DNA of 64,000 nucleotides from Fimbriimonadales bacterium (GTDB taxonomy: Bacteria > Armatimonadota > Fimbriimonadia > Fimbriimonadales > ATM1): contig JBGTLG010000036.1 of NCBI GenBank assembly GCA_041744215.1, positions 27,188 through 91,187 of the forward strand, read 5' to 3'. Made by a program: the position numbers and the translations under genes. Of this stretch, positions 40,972 to 50,930 are shown in pieces; within the stretch, counting starts at the first letter, position 1, and every line of letters begins with the position of its first letter. The notes beneath the pieces are model-generated. The model worked only from the letters and a program-made list of their open reading frames with translations, did no database searches and was not told the origin of the DNA.

Positions 40972-43062
40972 ATGCAAGACGTACGATGGAATGACCCAGA
41001 GTCATCGCGTTACCTCGGCAAAAGTGTCCCTCGGCTCGATGGACCTGGCAAAGTGACCGGAAATGCGAAGTACACCTTTGACATCGTTCTGCCGGGGATG
41101 CTGCACGCAAAAGTTTTGCGCAGCCCACACGCGAACGCGCGCGTAGCGAACCTTGATGTTTCGGGTGCGCGAAACATGCCCGGTGTTCGTGCCGTATTCA
41201 CCGATCTCCCGCAAACCGCGCGATTCGCTGGCGCAGAGATTGCTGCGGTCGCTGCAGACACAGAAGAGATCGCGCGCGACGCGATCCGCGCCATCAAAGT
41301 GCAATGGGAAGTCGAGCCTCATGTCGTATCGACGCGAAGGGGAATGCGCGATTCAGCGCGAGTTGGAAGACCGCGCGAAGCAACGAGAGGACAAGACCCG
41401 GATACGCTGTGGTCATCGGCAGCGGCGGTGATTGAAGCTGAATACTATTGCCCGGTGCGCGAACATCTTTCTCTCGAGACACACGGCCTCGTCGTCCAAT
41501 GGCAAGAACCCGATCGAGCAACGGTCTGGCTCAGCACACAGGCGGTGCATGGGTCGCGCGGGGAACTCGCAGGTGCGCTTGGTATCCCACAGCAAAACGT
41601 CGAAGTGATCTGTGAAGTCATGGGAGGAGGTTTCGGAAGCAAGTTCGGCCCCGGCGTTGAAGGCAGAATTGCATCAGCGCTCTCGAAGATGACCGGAAAA
41701 CCTGTCAAGTTGATGTTAGAGCGATACGATGAGCAAGTCGCAAGTGGCAACGCACCAGACGCTCTGATGCGCGTCAAAGCCGCAATGAGCGCCGATGGAA
41801 AGTTGCTTGCATTCGATTCGCAGATTTGGGGAACGCCGGGCAATGGCAACAACTCGGGAATACCGATGCCCTATATCTACACCGTACCGAATCAGAAAAC
41901 TTGGCAAGCAGGCGTAAGCACCAATACCGGCGGAGCGCGCGCGTGGCGTGCGCCGAACTGCCCCCCTGCGTCGTTCCTGATGGAATCCGTCGTCGACGAA
42001 CTCGCAAACAAACTCGGGCTTGATCCGGTGAAAGTTCGCCAGATCAATCAAGGAAGCGAGATCAGAACTAAGCAACTTGAACTCGGCGCGCAAATGATCG
42101 GGTGGGAGAATCGAAACAAAACACCGGGAGCCGGTTCGGCCCGATACAAGCGGGGCATGGGCTGCGCCGTTGCACAGTGGGGGGGTGGCATGGGCCAGCC
42201 CTGCAACTGCGACGTCAAAATCGGGAACGACGGAAGCGTGTATGTCGGCATCGGAACCCAAGACCTCGGCACAGGAACTCGAACGTATGTCGCAACCATA
42301 GTTGCAGAAGATCTCGGCTTGCCGTTGTCTCGTGTGCGCGCGGATATCGGCAGGTCTTCTTTGCCGTTTGCAACTGGATCGGGAGGTTCCGTTACGTCGC
42401 CTTCAGTAGCGCCGGCGGTCAAAGACGCCAGCATGAAAGCGCAAGTGCGCTTGCTCGAAACTGCCGCGACCTTGATGAGCGCACAAGCGAGCGATCTCGA
42501 ACTGCGCGACGGCAAAATCGCATCAAAATCGAACCCCTCCAACGCCATGACGTTCGATCAAGTCTGCGCGAAACTTCCGCCCGGTGGAATTGCTGTCAGC
42601 GGAACGACGCTCGCAAGCCTCCAACAAGGGGGTGTCGCGGGAGCGCAGTTTGTCGAAGTCGAAGTAGACACTTGGACGGGGAAGATTCAACCCATCAAAG
42701 TCGTCGCAGTCCAAGACTGCGGCTACGTCCTCAACAAGCTGACTGCTGAGAGCCAACTGATTGGTGGCGTCATACAAGGTCTCTGCATGGCGCTGTTGGA
42801 AGATCGCAAAATGGACGAGCCAACGGGGCGGATGCTAAACCCAAACATGGAAATGTACAAGGTCATCGGATCGCTCGAAGTGCCGGAGATCATCCCCGTG
42901 CTGTACGAAACTCACGATAAGGTCGCTGGAATCGGCGAGCCTGCGGTCATACCCGCAGCTGCAGCATGCGTCAACGCCGTCTACAACGCAACTGGCGTCA
43001 GGCTGAGAACTCTGCCAATGACGCCCAAAAGATGGTTCGAAGCGATGGAGGCAACTCAGTGA
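40972..43062 (+). CDS. xanthine-dehydrogenase-family molybdopterin-binding subunit
   Basis: KVTGNAKY, GGGFGSK, AWRAP, QDLGTG, SGGS, GIGEP. Confidence 0.93.
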   Translation: MQDVRWNDPESSRYLGKSVPRLDGPGKVTGNAKYTFDIVLPGMLHAKVLRSPHANARVANLDVSGARNMPGVRAVFTDLPQTARFAGAEIAAVAADTEEIARDAIRAIKVQWEVEPHVVSTRRGMRDSARVGRPREATRGQDPDTLWSSAAAVIEAEYYCPVREHLSLETHGLVVQWQEPDRATVWLSTQAVHGSRGELAGALGIPQQNVEVICEVMGGGFGSKFGPGVEGRIASALSKMTGKPVKLMLERYDEQVASGNAPDALMRVKAAMSADGKLLAFDSQIWGTPGNGNNSGIPMPYIYTVPNQKTWQAGVSTNTGGARAWRAPNCPPASFLMESVVDELANKLGLDPVKVRQINQGSEIRTKQLELGAQMIGWENRNKTPGAGSARYKRGMGCAVAQWGGGMGQPCNCDVKIGNDGSVYVGIGTQDLGTGTRTYVATIVAEDLGLPLSRVRADIGRSSLPFATGSGGSVTSPSVAPAVKDASMKAQVRLLETAATLMSAQASDLELRDGKIASKSNPSNAMTFDQVCAKLPPGGIAVSGTTLASLQQGGVAGAQFVEVEVDTWTGKIQPIKVVAVQDCGYVLNKLTAESQLIGGVIQGLCMALLEDRKMDEPTGRMLNPNMEMYKVIGSLEVPEIIPVLYETHDKVAGIGEPAVIPAAAACVNAVYNATGVRLRTLPMTPKRWFEAMEATQ

Positions 43063-44027
43063 ATAACTTCTCTTGGATCGAGCCAAAAACCGTAGCCGAA
43101 GCTGTCACCGCTGTCAAGAACGGCGGTGCCCCGATGAGCGGCGGAGTCGAACTGCTTTGCCTGTTGAAAGAACACCTGATCCAACCTCCGAGCGTCGTCA
43201 ATCTCAAAACGATTCCCGGGATGCGCTCAATAGAGGCGGTCGCAGGCGGAATGAAGATCGGTGCGCTCGTCACTGCAACGGATGTCGCAGAAAGCACAGT
43301 GATTCGCACTGATTACGCGGGTCTGCACCAAGCGGCGGCTTCCATCGCGTGCCCGCAAATCCGCAACGTGGGCACGGTTGGCGGAAACCTCTGCCAGCGT
43401 CCGCGATGCTGGTACTACCGGGATCCCGAGATAAAGTGCCTAAAGAGAGGCGGACAGGCGTGCTATGCCGTCGCGGGGAACAACGAGTATCACGCAATCC
43501 TTGGTGGCGGTCCATGCCACATCGTCCACCCGAGCGACCTCGGATCAGCGTTCCTTGCTTACGGAGCAACCGTCGTAACGAACGAACGACAGATACCCAT
43601 TAACCAGTTTTTCGTTCTGCCGAAAGATGACATCCTCCATGAAAACAATCTGCGAGCCGGTGAGTTGATAACTGGAGTCGATGTCGCCGCCGATTGGAAA
43701 GGAGCACGCGCGGCATTCTACAAAGCTAAGGAGCGCGAGTCATTTGATTGGGCGCTCTCCACCGCCCTTGTGTTGCTAAAGATGAGTGGCTCGACAGTTG
43801 CCGATGCGCGCGTCGTGCTTGGAGGTGTCGCACCGGTGCCCTGGCGAAGCGCAGAAGCTGAGAACGCGCTGAAGGGCAAGACGGTCAGCGACACCGTCGC
43901 AATCGCCGCGGGTCAGGCGGCTGTATCAAAGGCGACACCTATGAGCGAGAATCGCTACAAAGTGCCCTTAACGGCCAATGTCGTGCGCATCGCGGTTCTC
44001 CAGGCCGCGGGGCTGAAAGCGGAGTAA
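43059..44027 (+). CDS. xanthine-dehydrogenase-family FAD subunit with 4Fe-4S insert (PaoB/YagS-like)
   Basis: PQIRNVGTVGGNLCQRPRCWYYR...C.K.GG.AC...C...HPSD; GTG 43059 with SD GGAGG. Confidence 0.92.
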   Translation: MNNFSWIEPKTVAEAVTAVKNGGAPMSGGVELLCLLKEHLIQPPSVVNLKTIPGMRSIEAVAGGMKIGALVTATDVAESTVIRTDYAGLHQAAASIACPQIRNVGTVGGNLCQRPRCWYYRDPEIKCLKRGGQACYAVAGNNEYHAILGGGPCHIVHPSDLGSAFLAYGATVVTNERQIPINQFFVLPKDDILHENNLRAGELITGVDVAADWKGARAAFYKAKERESFDWALSTALVLLKMSGSTVADARVVLGGVAPVPWRSAEAENALKGKTVSDTVAIAAGQAAVSKATPMSENRYKVPLTANVVRIAVLQAAGLKAE

Positions 44028-44032
44028 AGCGC

Positions 44033-44266
44033 ATGGAGCCAACACGTCCCACCGCGTGCGCGTTCTTAAGGACCAAAAACGACTACTATGCGGCCCATGA
44101 AGGTTCGTTGCTGCCTATCTGGTGGTGTGGTCGAACGCTTGGCTCGTTTGGACCGGACGGAGACATTGCAGAAGTGGAGATCTGCCAAAGTGAAAGAGGG
44201 TGCTACTGCGACACCATCACGGGAAATGCGCTCCCGCTGGAACCCGAACGCGCCGAAAAAGAATAA
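44033..44266 (+). CDS. small Cys-rich hypothetical protein
   Basis: C.FLRTK...WWC..T..FGPDG...C...R.CYC; SD GGAG; fills the operon gap. Confidence 0.7.
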   Translation: MEPTRPTACAFLRTKNDYYAAHEGSLLPIWWCGRTLGSFGPDGDIAEVEICQSERGCYCDTITGNALPLEPERAEKE

Positions 44267-44281
44267 GACACTAACCCGTCG

Positions 44282-44980
44282 ATGAGAATAAGACGCACCA
44301 TCAAACGAGTCGTGCCCGGCATCGACCGTGCACACGACGAAGCGAAGTATCAAGAGGGCTCGCCACCATCCCCACCAGAAAATGTAATCGTAAGCCCCGA
44401 CACTCTGCGCGAAAACCGGTTGCCGCCAGGTCAGGCACGGACACGCAAATGGCCAATTCTCGATGCCTCCGGACCGCCGGAGATCGACCTCAACAAATGG
44501 CTCCTCGAGATCGTCGGACTTGTCGTTACGCCAAGAACTTGGACCCTGGATGAGTTTCGTGAGCTTCCGCGAACAAAAGTTTTTGCGGACATGCATTGCG
44601 TAACGCGCTGGTCTCGCCTTGGAAACGTCTGGGAAGGAGTTTCGACGACAACGATCAGCGAGCTGGTCACACCGCAAACGACCGCGACTCACGTGATCCT
44701 TCATGGCTACGATGGTGATTGGTCGACAAACGTGCCAATCGAAGAATTCCTTCAGGAAGACTGTCTTCTCGCCGACACACACGATGGAATGCCCATAACC
44801 ATCGAACATGGCGGCCCGCTTCGCGCAATCATTCCGCGGCTCTATGCCTGGAAAAGCGCAAAGTGGCTAAGGGCGATCGAGTTCGTCGAGAGCGACAGAC
44901 CTGGTTTCTGGGAATCCGGTGCCTATCATATGCACGGCGACCCGTGGCTTGAAGAACGTTTCAACGAAAAAATGCGTTAA
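44282..44980 (+). CDS. sulfite-oxidase-like molybdopterin oxidoreductase (YuiH-like)
   Basis: RLPPGQ, DMHCVTRWS, HGGPLR, YAWKSAKW, GFWE. Confidence 0.9.
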   Translation: MRIRRTIKRVVPGIDRAHDEAKYQEGSPPSPPENVIVSPDTLRENRLPPGQARTRKWPILDASGPPEIDLNKWLLEIVGLVVTPRTWTLDEFRELPRTKVFADMHCVTRWSRLGNVWEGVSTTTISELVTPQTTATHVILHGYDGDWSTNVPIEEFLQEDCLLADTHDGMPITIEHGGPLRAIIPRLYAWKSAKWLRAIEFVESDRPGFWESGAYHMHGDPWLEERFNEKMR

Positions 44981-44986
44981 GCTGCG

Positions 44987-45397
44987 TCAAACATCGATTC
45001 GCTTGCGGATCACAATCTTGGGAACGGGAAGCAACTGCTCGTCACGACGCACAGGGTGATTCGATGAAGCCAGCAGATGTGAGATGCGCGACTCTACTGT
45101 CTTCACAAAGTCGTTCATTTGTTCTTCCATGTCCTCGCGAACTTCTTCCAGCTGATCCAAGAGCTTAAGAATAATCTCGACACCCGCAAGGTTGACACCC
45201 ATATCGCGCGTAAGGCGCTGGATTTGCCGAACGCGCTCAACGTCAGCCTCGCTGTAAAGTCGGTTCTTTTCGCCTTCTCTGGCAGGCAAGACAAGCCCTT
45301 GCCTTTCATATTGACGTAGCGTCTGCGGGTGGACTCCGCAGAGGCGAGCGGCGACCCCAATGCGATAGACGGGCTCTCGATTGCTTCGGTCGCTCAC
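44987..45397 (-). CDS. hspR: heat-shock repressor HspR (MerR family)
   Basis: [24 protein letters not shown]...GVNLAGV; last gene of the dnaK locus. Confidence 0.88.
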   Translation of the reverse strand: MSDRSNREPVYRIGVAARLCGVHPQTLRQYERQGLVLPAREGEKNRLYSEADVERVRQIQRLTRDMGVNLAGVEIILKLLDQLEEVREDMEEQMNDFVKTVESRISHLLASSNHPVRRDEQLLPVPKIVIRKRIDV

Positions 45398-46482
45398 ATC
45401 TTGCCCCTCAGCGTTACAATCTCATCGAGCAGTTTCGTTTCCTCATCTGTCAAGACTTTTGGAACCGTAACCACAAGCTTCACCATCAAATGCCCGCGCC
45501 CGCCGCTGAGCCGTGAAAGCCCCTGGCCTGCCAGACGAAATGTTTGCCCTGTCTGACTCCCTTTCGGAATCTTCATTTCGACATGACCGCGCAAAGTTTC
45601 GACGGAAGACTTTCCACCGAGCGCGGCAAGAGTGTAATCCACGGGGAGGTCCGTCTCTAAGTCATCGCCATGGCGTCGGAAGCGTGGGTCTGGCTTTTCC
45701 TTGATCACAACGAATAGGTCGCCCTTCTGTCCGCCGGTCCCAACAGTTCCGCCTCCTGACACTCGCAATCGCGAACCACTCGCAATGCCCGCCGGAATCT
45801 TTACGTCAACGCGCCGCGTCGTTGGCAGCGTTCCCGCGCCGCGACACGTAGTGCATGGCTCGTAGTTCGTGACACCTTGTCCGCCGCAAAGGTTGCACGT
45901 CTGCGCAAACCCGAGCATTCCCCTGACTCGGCCCGATCCTCCGCACTGCATACACGGACGTTCATTCGACGTGCGAACGCTTCCTACTCCACGGCACGTT
46001 CCACAAGCGTCATCGACTCGATACGTCAACGTGCGCGTAGAGCCCTGGTCGATCTCTTGAAGACTCACTTCGACGGTTTGCTCGAGATCGTGAGCAACAG
46101 CTTTGCCAGTTGGTTCTGCCGAGAATCCGCCACCGCCGCCGCCAAAAAAACCTTCGAAAATAGTTTCAAACCCTGGCGGCACTCCCTGACCACCGTATTC
46201 GACTCGATACCCGCCGGGTCCGCCTTGTTGCGAGAAGACATCCCCCATCTTTTCGGCGTTTTCCCAGTTAGCGCCGAACTTGTCATAGAGCTTGCGCTTC
46301 TTTTCGTCCGAGAGGACTTCATAAGCCTCGGATACCTCTTTGAACTTTTCCGCAGCGCTCGAATCGTTAGGATTTACGTCTGGATGATATCTGCGAGCAA
46401 GCTTGCGGTACGCAGACTTGATGTCCTTTTCGGACGCGCCCCGCTTGACTCCGAGCACGGTGTAGTAGTCCCTTGAAGCCAT
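45394..46482 (-). CDS. dnaJ: chaperone DnaJ
   Basis: J domain with HPD, four CxxCxGxG, C-terminal domain. Confidence 0.92.
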   Translation of the reverse strand: MASRDYYTVLGVKRGASEKDIKSAYRKLARRYHPDVNPNDSSAAEKFKEVSEAYEVLSDEKKRKLYDKFGANWENAEKMGDVFSQQGGPGGYRVEYGGQGVPPGFETIFEGFFGGGGGGFSAEPTGKAVAHDLEQTVEVSLQEIDQGSTRTLTYRVDDACGTCRGVGSVRTSNERPCMQCGGSGRVRGMLGFAQTCNLCGGQGVTNYEPCTTCRGAGTLPTTRRVDVKIPAGIASGSRLRVSGGGTVGTGGQKGDLFVVIKEKPDPRFRRHGDDLETDLPVDYTLAALGGKSSVETLRGHVEMKIPKGSQTGQTFRLAGQGLSRLSGGRGHLMVKLVVTVPKVLTDEETKLLDEIVTLRGKM

Positions 46483-46496
46483 CCTGTCGTCTTCCT

Positions 46497-46538
46497 AAAC
46501 AAAATGACGGCGCGAGCAAACTCGCCCGCGCCGCCATT
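46497..46538 (-). terminator. rho-independent terminator/attenuator between hsp20 and dnaJ
   Basis: Minus strand AATGGCGGCGCGGGC-GAGTTT-GCTCGCGCCGTCATT followed by TTGTTT. Confidence 0.65.
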
Positions 46539-46547
46539 GATCGATCA

Positions 46548-46952
46548 TCAGTTCGAAGTGACTTCGATTCGACGCGGAAGAGCCTCTCTTGCCTTCGGAA
46601 CGTCGATCCTAAGTACGCCGTCTCGATACGACGCAGTGATCTCATCCGAATTCACAGGCACCCGCAACTTGAACGAACGGCTGAACTCGCCGCGCACTCG
46701 TTCAATGCGAACGTAGTCTTCGCGTGATTCCTCTTCAGACATCTCGCGTCGTCCAGAAACGGTCAACATGTCGTCGACGAACTCGATCGTAATGTCTTCC
46801 TGGCTGATACCGGGGAGATCCATCGACAGAACAATGCTCTTGTCCGTCTCTTTCACGTCTGTTCGTGGTGTCCATGGAAGATCAGTCTCGTTCCACTTCC
46901 ATCCAAGACCAAACGCAGGATGCTGATCAGGTTTTGCGTATCGAATGATCAT
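46548..46952 (-). CDS. Hsp20/alpha-crystallin small heat shock protein
   Basis: PRTDVKET, DLPG, ERVRGEFSRSF, YRDGVLRI.VPK. Confidence 0.93.
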   Translation of the reverse strand: MIIRYAKPDQHPAFGLGWKWNETDLPWTPRTDVKETDKSIVLSMDLPGISQEDITIEFVDDMLTVSGRREMSEEESREDYVRIERVRGEFSRSFKLRVPVNSDEITASYRDGVLRIDVPKAREALPRRIEVTSN

Positions 46953-46969
46953 GGGTTGTTACCTCCTTA

Positions 46970-48880
46970 TCAGTCTTCTTTCTTTTCTTCAAATTCTGCA
47001 TCGATGACTTCATCTCCGCCACCGGTGGGCGCGCCAACGGGTTCGCCGTCGTCAGCCGGGCCGCTGCCGTCGGAGGGTTGAGATTGATACAGCTTCTCTG
47101 CGAGAGCATGCTGCTCTTGCTCCAATTCCGATTGGGCAGTCTTGATCGCTTCTATCTCGCCGTCCGCAATCGCCTTTCGCAACGCAGCAACCTTATCTTC
47201 GATTCGAGACTTGTCTGCGGGGTCGAGCTTCTCGCCAAGTTCGCGCAGCATACGCTCGACGCCGTAGGCGAGTCCATCAGCGTTGTTTTTCACATCCGCT
47301 GCTTCCTTCGCCTGCAGGTCTTCATCCGCGTGAGCTTGTGCCTCAGTCACCATCCGGTCAATCTCTTCGCGGTTGAGGTTTCCGCTTCCCGTTATCGTGA
47401 TTTGCTGCTCGGTTCCCGTTGCCATGTCGCGAGCCTTCACATTGAGAATTCCGTCCGCGTCGATGTCGAAAGTTACTTCGATCTGCGGCAATCCTCTTGG
47501 CGCAGGTGGAATTCCCATTAGGTGGAATCGACCTAACGATTTGTTGTCGCCCGCTCGGGTTCGTTCGCCTTGCAAAACGTGAATCTCCACCTCTTGCTGA
47601 TTGTCTTGAGCAGTGGTATAGACTCGGCTCTTCTTCGTCGGAATGGTTGTGTTTCGCTCGATCAAGATGTCAGTAACACCGCCAAGAGTCTCGACACCCA
47701 AACTGAGGGGCGTGACGTCAAGCAAGACGATGTCCTTCACTTCGCCACCAAGCACGCCAGCTTGAATCGCTGCGCCTACAGCGACGACTTCATCGGGATT
47801 GACTCCTCGGTGAGGCTCTTTGCCCGTTAGCTTGCGAACGAGTTCCTGAACCATTGGCATCCGAGTTGATCCGCCCACAAGAATGATTTCGTCGATGTCC
47901 TTGGCGTCGGTCTGCGCATCCTTAATCGCGTCGGTGAACGGCTTCTTTAGACGGTCGATCAGGTCTGCGGTCAATTCTTCGAACCGCGCCCGCGTTAGCG
48001 TGCTGACCAAGTGTCGAGGCTCGCCGTCAATTGCGGTGATAAATGGCAGGTTGACTTCTGTCGTAACCTGACTCGACAGCTCGATCTTTGCCTTCTCGGC
48101 AGCTTCCCTCAGGCGCTGTAAAGCTGACTTATCCTTGCGAAGATCTACTGCGTTCTCCCGCTTGAACTCGTCCGCGAGCCACCCGACGATCCGGTGGTCC
48201 CAATCATCCCCGCCAAGGTGGGTATCGCCCGCAGTAGAGCGGACCTCAAAAACGCCCTCTCCGACATCGAGAATCGAGACGTCGAACGTTCCGCCGCCAA
48301 GGTCAAAGACGAGAATCGTCTCGTTGGTTTTCCTGTCAAGGCCGTACGCAAGCGACGCCGCCGTCGGCTCATTGATAATGCGAAGAACCTCCAGCCCTGC
48401 GATTTCGCCAGCGTTTTTCGTGGCAGTCCGCTGAGCGTCGTCGAAGTAAGCCGGAACCGTGATCACAGCCTTGGTGACGGTCTCCCCGAGGTAAGCCTCG
48501 GCGTCCTGCTTCAGCTTCTGAAGGATCATCGCCGAAATCTCTTCCGGCGTAAACTCCTTGTCAACAGCGGGGACGTGAACAGCGGCATTCCCCTTCTTGT
48601 CCCTAACGATCTTGTAGGAAACGTGCTCGCCTTCCTTCTGCGCCTGATCATAGGTCATGCCCATAAATCGCTTGATGGATTGAATCGTATTGTCGGGATT
48701 AACGACCCCCTGCCGCTTCGCCGTCACGCCGACAAGGCGCTCTCCGTTTGGCTTGAACGCCACGACGCTCGGCATGGTCCGAGAACCCTCGGCCGTCGCG
48801 ATAACCACGGGCTCGCCACCCTCCATGACCGCAACTACCGAGTTTGTGGTCCCTAGGTCGATTCCAACTGTCTTTGCCAA
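46970..48880 (-). CDS. dnaK: chaperone DnaK
   Basis: [26 protein letters not shown] start at 48880 with SD GAGGA. Confidence 0.98.
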   Translation of the reverse strand: MAKTVGIDLGTTNSVVAVMEGGEPVVIATAEGSRTMPSVVAFKPNGERLVGVTAKRQGVVNPDNTIQSIKRFMGMTYDQAQKEGEHVSYKIVRDKKGNAAVHVPAVDKEFTPEEISAMILQKLKQDAEAYLGETVTKAVITVPAYFDDAQRTATKNAGEIAGLEVLRIINEPTAASLAYGLDRKTNETILVFDLGGGTFDVSILDVGEGVFEVRSTAGDTHLGGDDWDHRIVGWLADEFKRENAVDLRKDKSALQRLREAAEKAKIELSSQVTTEVNLPFITAIDGEPRHLVSTLTRARFEELTADLIDRLKKPFTDAIKDAQTDAKDIDEIILVGGSTRMPMVQELVRKLTGKEPHRGVNPDEVVAVGAAIQAGVLGGEVKDIVLLDVTPLSLGVETLGGVTDILIERNTTIPTKKSRVYTTAQDNQQEVEIHVLQGERTRAGDNKSLGRFHLMGIPPAPRGLPQIEVTFDIDADGILNVKARDMATGTEQQITITGSGNLNREEIDRMVTEAQAHADEDLQAKEAADVKNNADGLAYGVERMLRELGEKLDPADKSRIEDKVAALRKAIADGEIEAIKTAQSELEQEQHALAEKLYQSQPSDGSGPADDGEPVGAPTGGGDEVIDAEFEEKKED

Positions 48881-48896
48881 TGTTTTCCTCCGAGTC

Positions 48897-48941
48897 TTTG
48901 AGTAGGTTGAGTATAGCCTACTTGAGTCTATGTCTGTCAAG
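48897..48941 (-). promoter_or_regulatory. HAIR (HspR operator) sites overlapping a sigma70 promoter of dnaK
   Basis: CTTGAGT-N7-TGTCAAG (48921-48941) and GTTGAGT-N7-ACTTGAG (48906-48926); minus strand TTGACA-N19-TATACT. Confidence 0.75.
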
Positions 48942-48943
48942 TA

Positions 48944-48997
48944 TTAACGCCAAAGACCATTTTCGGGTTCCAACGCTTTTTTCACCAGAGGCGTTAA
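48944..48997. promoter_or_regulatory. divergent ECF-sigma-type promoters
   Basis: Minus GGAAC-N17-CGTTAA toward dnaK; plus CCAAC-N17-CGTTAA toward the 49030 gene. Confidence 0.55.
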
Positions 48998-49029
48998 CTC
49001 CTGGGTTCGCGCCTCCGAGAATCTTAAAG

Positions 49030-50076
49030 GTGAGGACAAAGAGGGCATTCTCCTGGCTCATGGCCATTTCTCCGGTGTTTTTCATCGGGTACATCGCGCT
49101 TGGCGCACGAATAGGCTCAAGCATGGAGAGCCCAATCCCAGGGGATCCAGAAGGCTTTGTCGATCGCTTGGAGGCTCACGTTCCGTTTGTTCTCGCCGCG
49201 AACCAGCTCCAAGAGTGTGAGCCGACGCACAAGGAGAAGCACGGTGAGTTGCTCCGCCGCGTCGTCGTCGAGGCTTCGAAAGGTCTACCCACAGTCGAAA
49301 GCACCAAGGTCGGAGCGACAGCGGCCACCGATCTCCGCAGGCCGATCGCGGAAGCGCAACGACATGCGTTCGAGGCTATCCTCCACGAAGTCCACTCGAA
49401 CGCACATGCTGGCAGGCATTGGGACGCCACAGAAAGTGCCCTTTCGGCCCTGATCGTAACCAGGATCCTGAGATACGCGGACTCGGCGTCGATCGCGCGT
49501 TCTACTGCCCAGCAAGGCAGCGCTACGAACGCCATAAGGCGAAGTCTTCCGCATCTCTCGGCGGATGAGTTGGAACGAATCTCCAATCGACTCATCGCTT
49601 TCGAGGTCAAGCGGCAAGAAGTCAACCAGATATTCAAAAATGAGATGCACTTGCTCACGCTCGAGTCGAGGTACTGGCCAGAGAGCATCGACCGTGTGTC
49701 TGCGCTGGAAGTAGTCGCGGACGCTCTAAGGACATTTCGGCGCGGTGGAAACTTTGTCGATCACATCGAGAGAAGCTCGAAGCTGCGGATCAGCCCGGCG
49801 AGAGAGGCAATCTGGACTACGCTCTCTGCCTGGGAGATCGCGCTCCGAAGCGAAGATCAAAGCCAACGGCTCCTTCGAAACCTCATCGTTGAAACCCGAT
49901 CGCGCCAATTGGCGATGCGAGGAGAGCGCTTCGATACGCTCTCAGCCCTCAGGCTGCCTCTTTGGATCGCAGAGGACACGATCGCGCGGAATCGTCCGGA
50001 ACTTGTGGAGCAAACGGGATTCGCGCATCTCCACTTCACTCCTGCGAGCGCGGCGGAAGTCGTAGCCGCACGTTAG
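49030..50076 (+). CDS. hypothetical membrane-anchored helical protein
   Basis: Long ORF with an N-terminal hydrophobic segment; GTG 49030 chosen, start uncertain. Confidence 0.6.
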   Translation: MRTKRAFSWLMAISPVFFIGYIALGARIGSSMESPIPGDPEGFVDRLEAHVPFVLAANQLQECEPTHKEKHGELLRRVVVEASKGLPTVESTKVGATAATDLRRPIAEAQRHAFEAILHEVHSNAHAGRHWDATESALSALIVTRILRYADSASIARSTAQQGSATNAIRRSLPHLSADELERISNRLIAFEVKRQEVNQIFKNEMHLLTLESRYWPESIDRVSALEVVADALRTFRRGGNFVDHIERSSKLRISPAREAIWTTLSAWEIALRSEDQSQRLLRNLIVETRSRQLAMRGERFDTLSALRLPLWIAEDTIARNRPELVEQTGFAHLHFTPASAAEVVAAR

Positions 50077-50897
50077 CGGATTTCGACGACGCCGTTCTTT
50101 GAGGTGAAGCGGTAGCCCGTGTCGTTGAGTAGCAGCCTCAATGAGTCATTTACATCTAGGCCCGTGAAGTCACGCTGAATCACTTCGCCACTCTCGCGGA
50201 CGTAAGCGACAAAAACGAACCCGAACCCTTCACTCAGAGCCTCCAGTCCGCGGACGAGCGTCCCCTCGAACGCGCCGGCTCCTGAGCTCGATTTCCCGCT
50301 CGGAACGATCACTACGATCGGCTCGCGCTCCCCGACGCGGACCCAAACTACGGCAGCGCGGTCACCTTTGCGATTCAGCAGGTATTCAGCTTTTCGGCCT
50401 GCTGAGACGCGATCGTCAACTAGCGGCTTATCATTCTCAAAGATTTGAACCCGGGTCTGAGACGAAGGACTGACCTCAAGGACCGGATTGCCGTCCCTCA
50501 TGAGAATCTGTGGCTCGCCAGATGAAAGAGGGATCCCAGGGCCAGCTGTAATGCCGTCCCCCGCCAAACTTGTGAATGAGACGTAGACGGTGCCAATCAC
50601 GACCGTGGCCGCGACCGACGCCAACGCAACGCGCAGCCAGCCGATTTGGGGTCGGGAGGACTGCTTCGCTTCCCATGTTTCTAAGTCAAGCCGTCGGCTG
50701 ATGCGCTCCGAAAGGTCACCAGGAGCCTCAACTATAGGCAGTGCCGCGAGCGCGCCATACAAGCTAACAAAGCCTTCGTAATCGGCTTGGCAGTCGAGGC
50801 AATCCTTCAGATGAGCCTCAACAGCTTGCCTGAGGCTGGGCGCAATAGTGGCCTCATGGAGTTCGCTGAATAGGTCGTGGACCTTGTGGCAGTGCAT
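50073..50897 (-). CDS. zinc-finger (ZAS) anti-sigma factor
   Basis: HLKDCLDC (HxxxCxxC), single TM, downstream of ECF sigma. Confidence 0.85.
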   Translation of the reverse strand: MHCHKVHDLFSELHEATIAPSLRQAVEAHLKDCLDCQADYEGFVSLYGALAALPIVEAPGDLSERISRRLDLETWEAKQSSRPQIGWLRVALASVAATVVIGTVYVSFTSLAGDGITAGPGIPLSSGEPQILMRDGNPVLEVSPSSQTRVQIFENDKPLVDDRVSAGRKAEYLLNRKGDRAAVVWVRVGEREPIVVIVPSGKSSSGAGAFEGTLVRGLEALSEGFGFVFVAYVRESGEVIQRDFTGLDVNDSLRLLLNDTGYRFTSKNGVVEIR

Positions 50898-50930
50898 AAC
50901 TTTTAGATTAATTCCCGTAGTCTGATCCCC

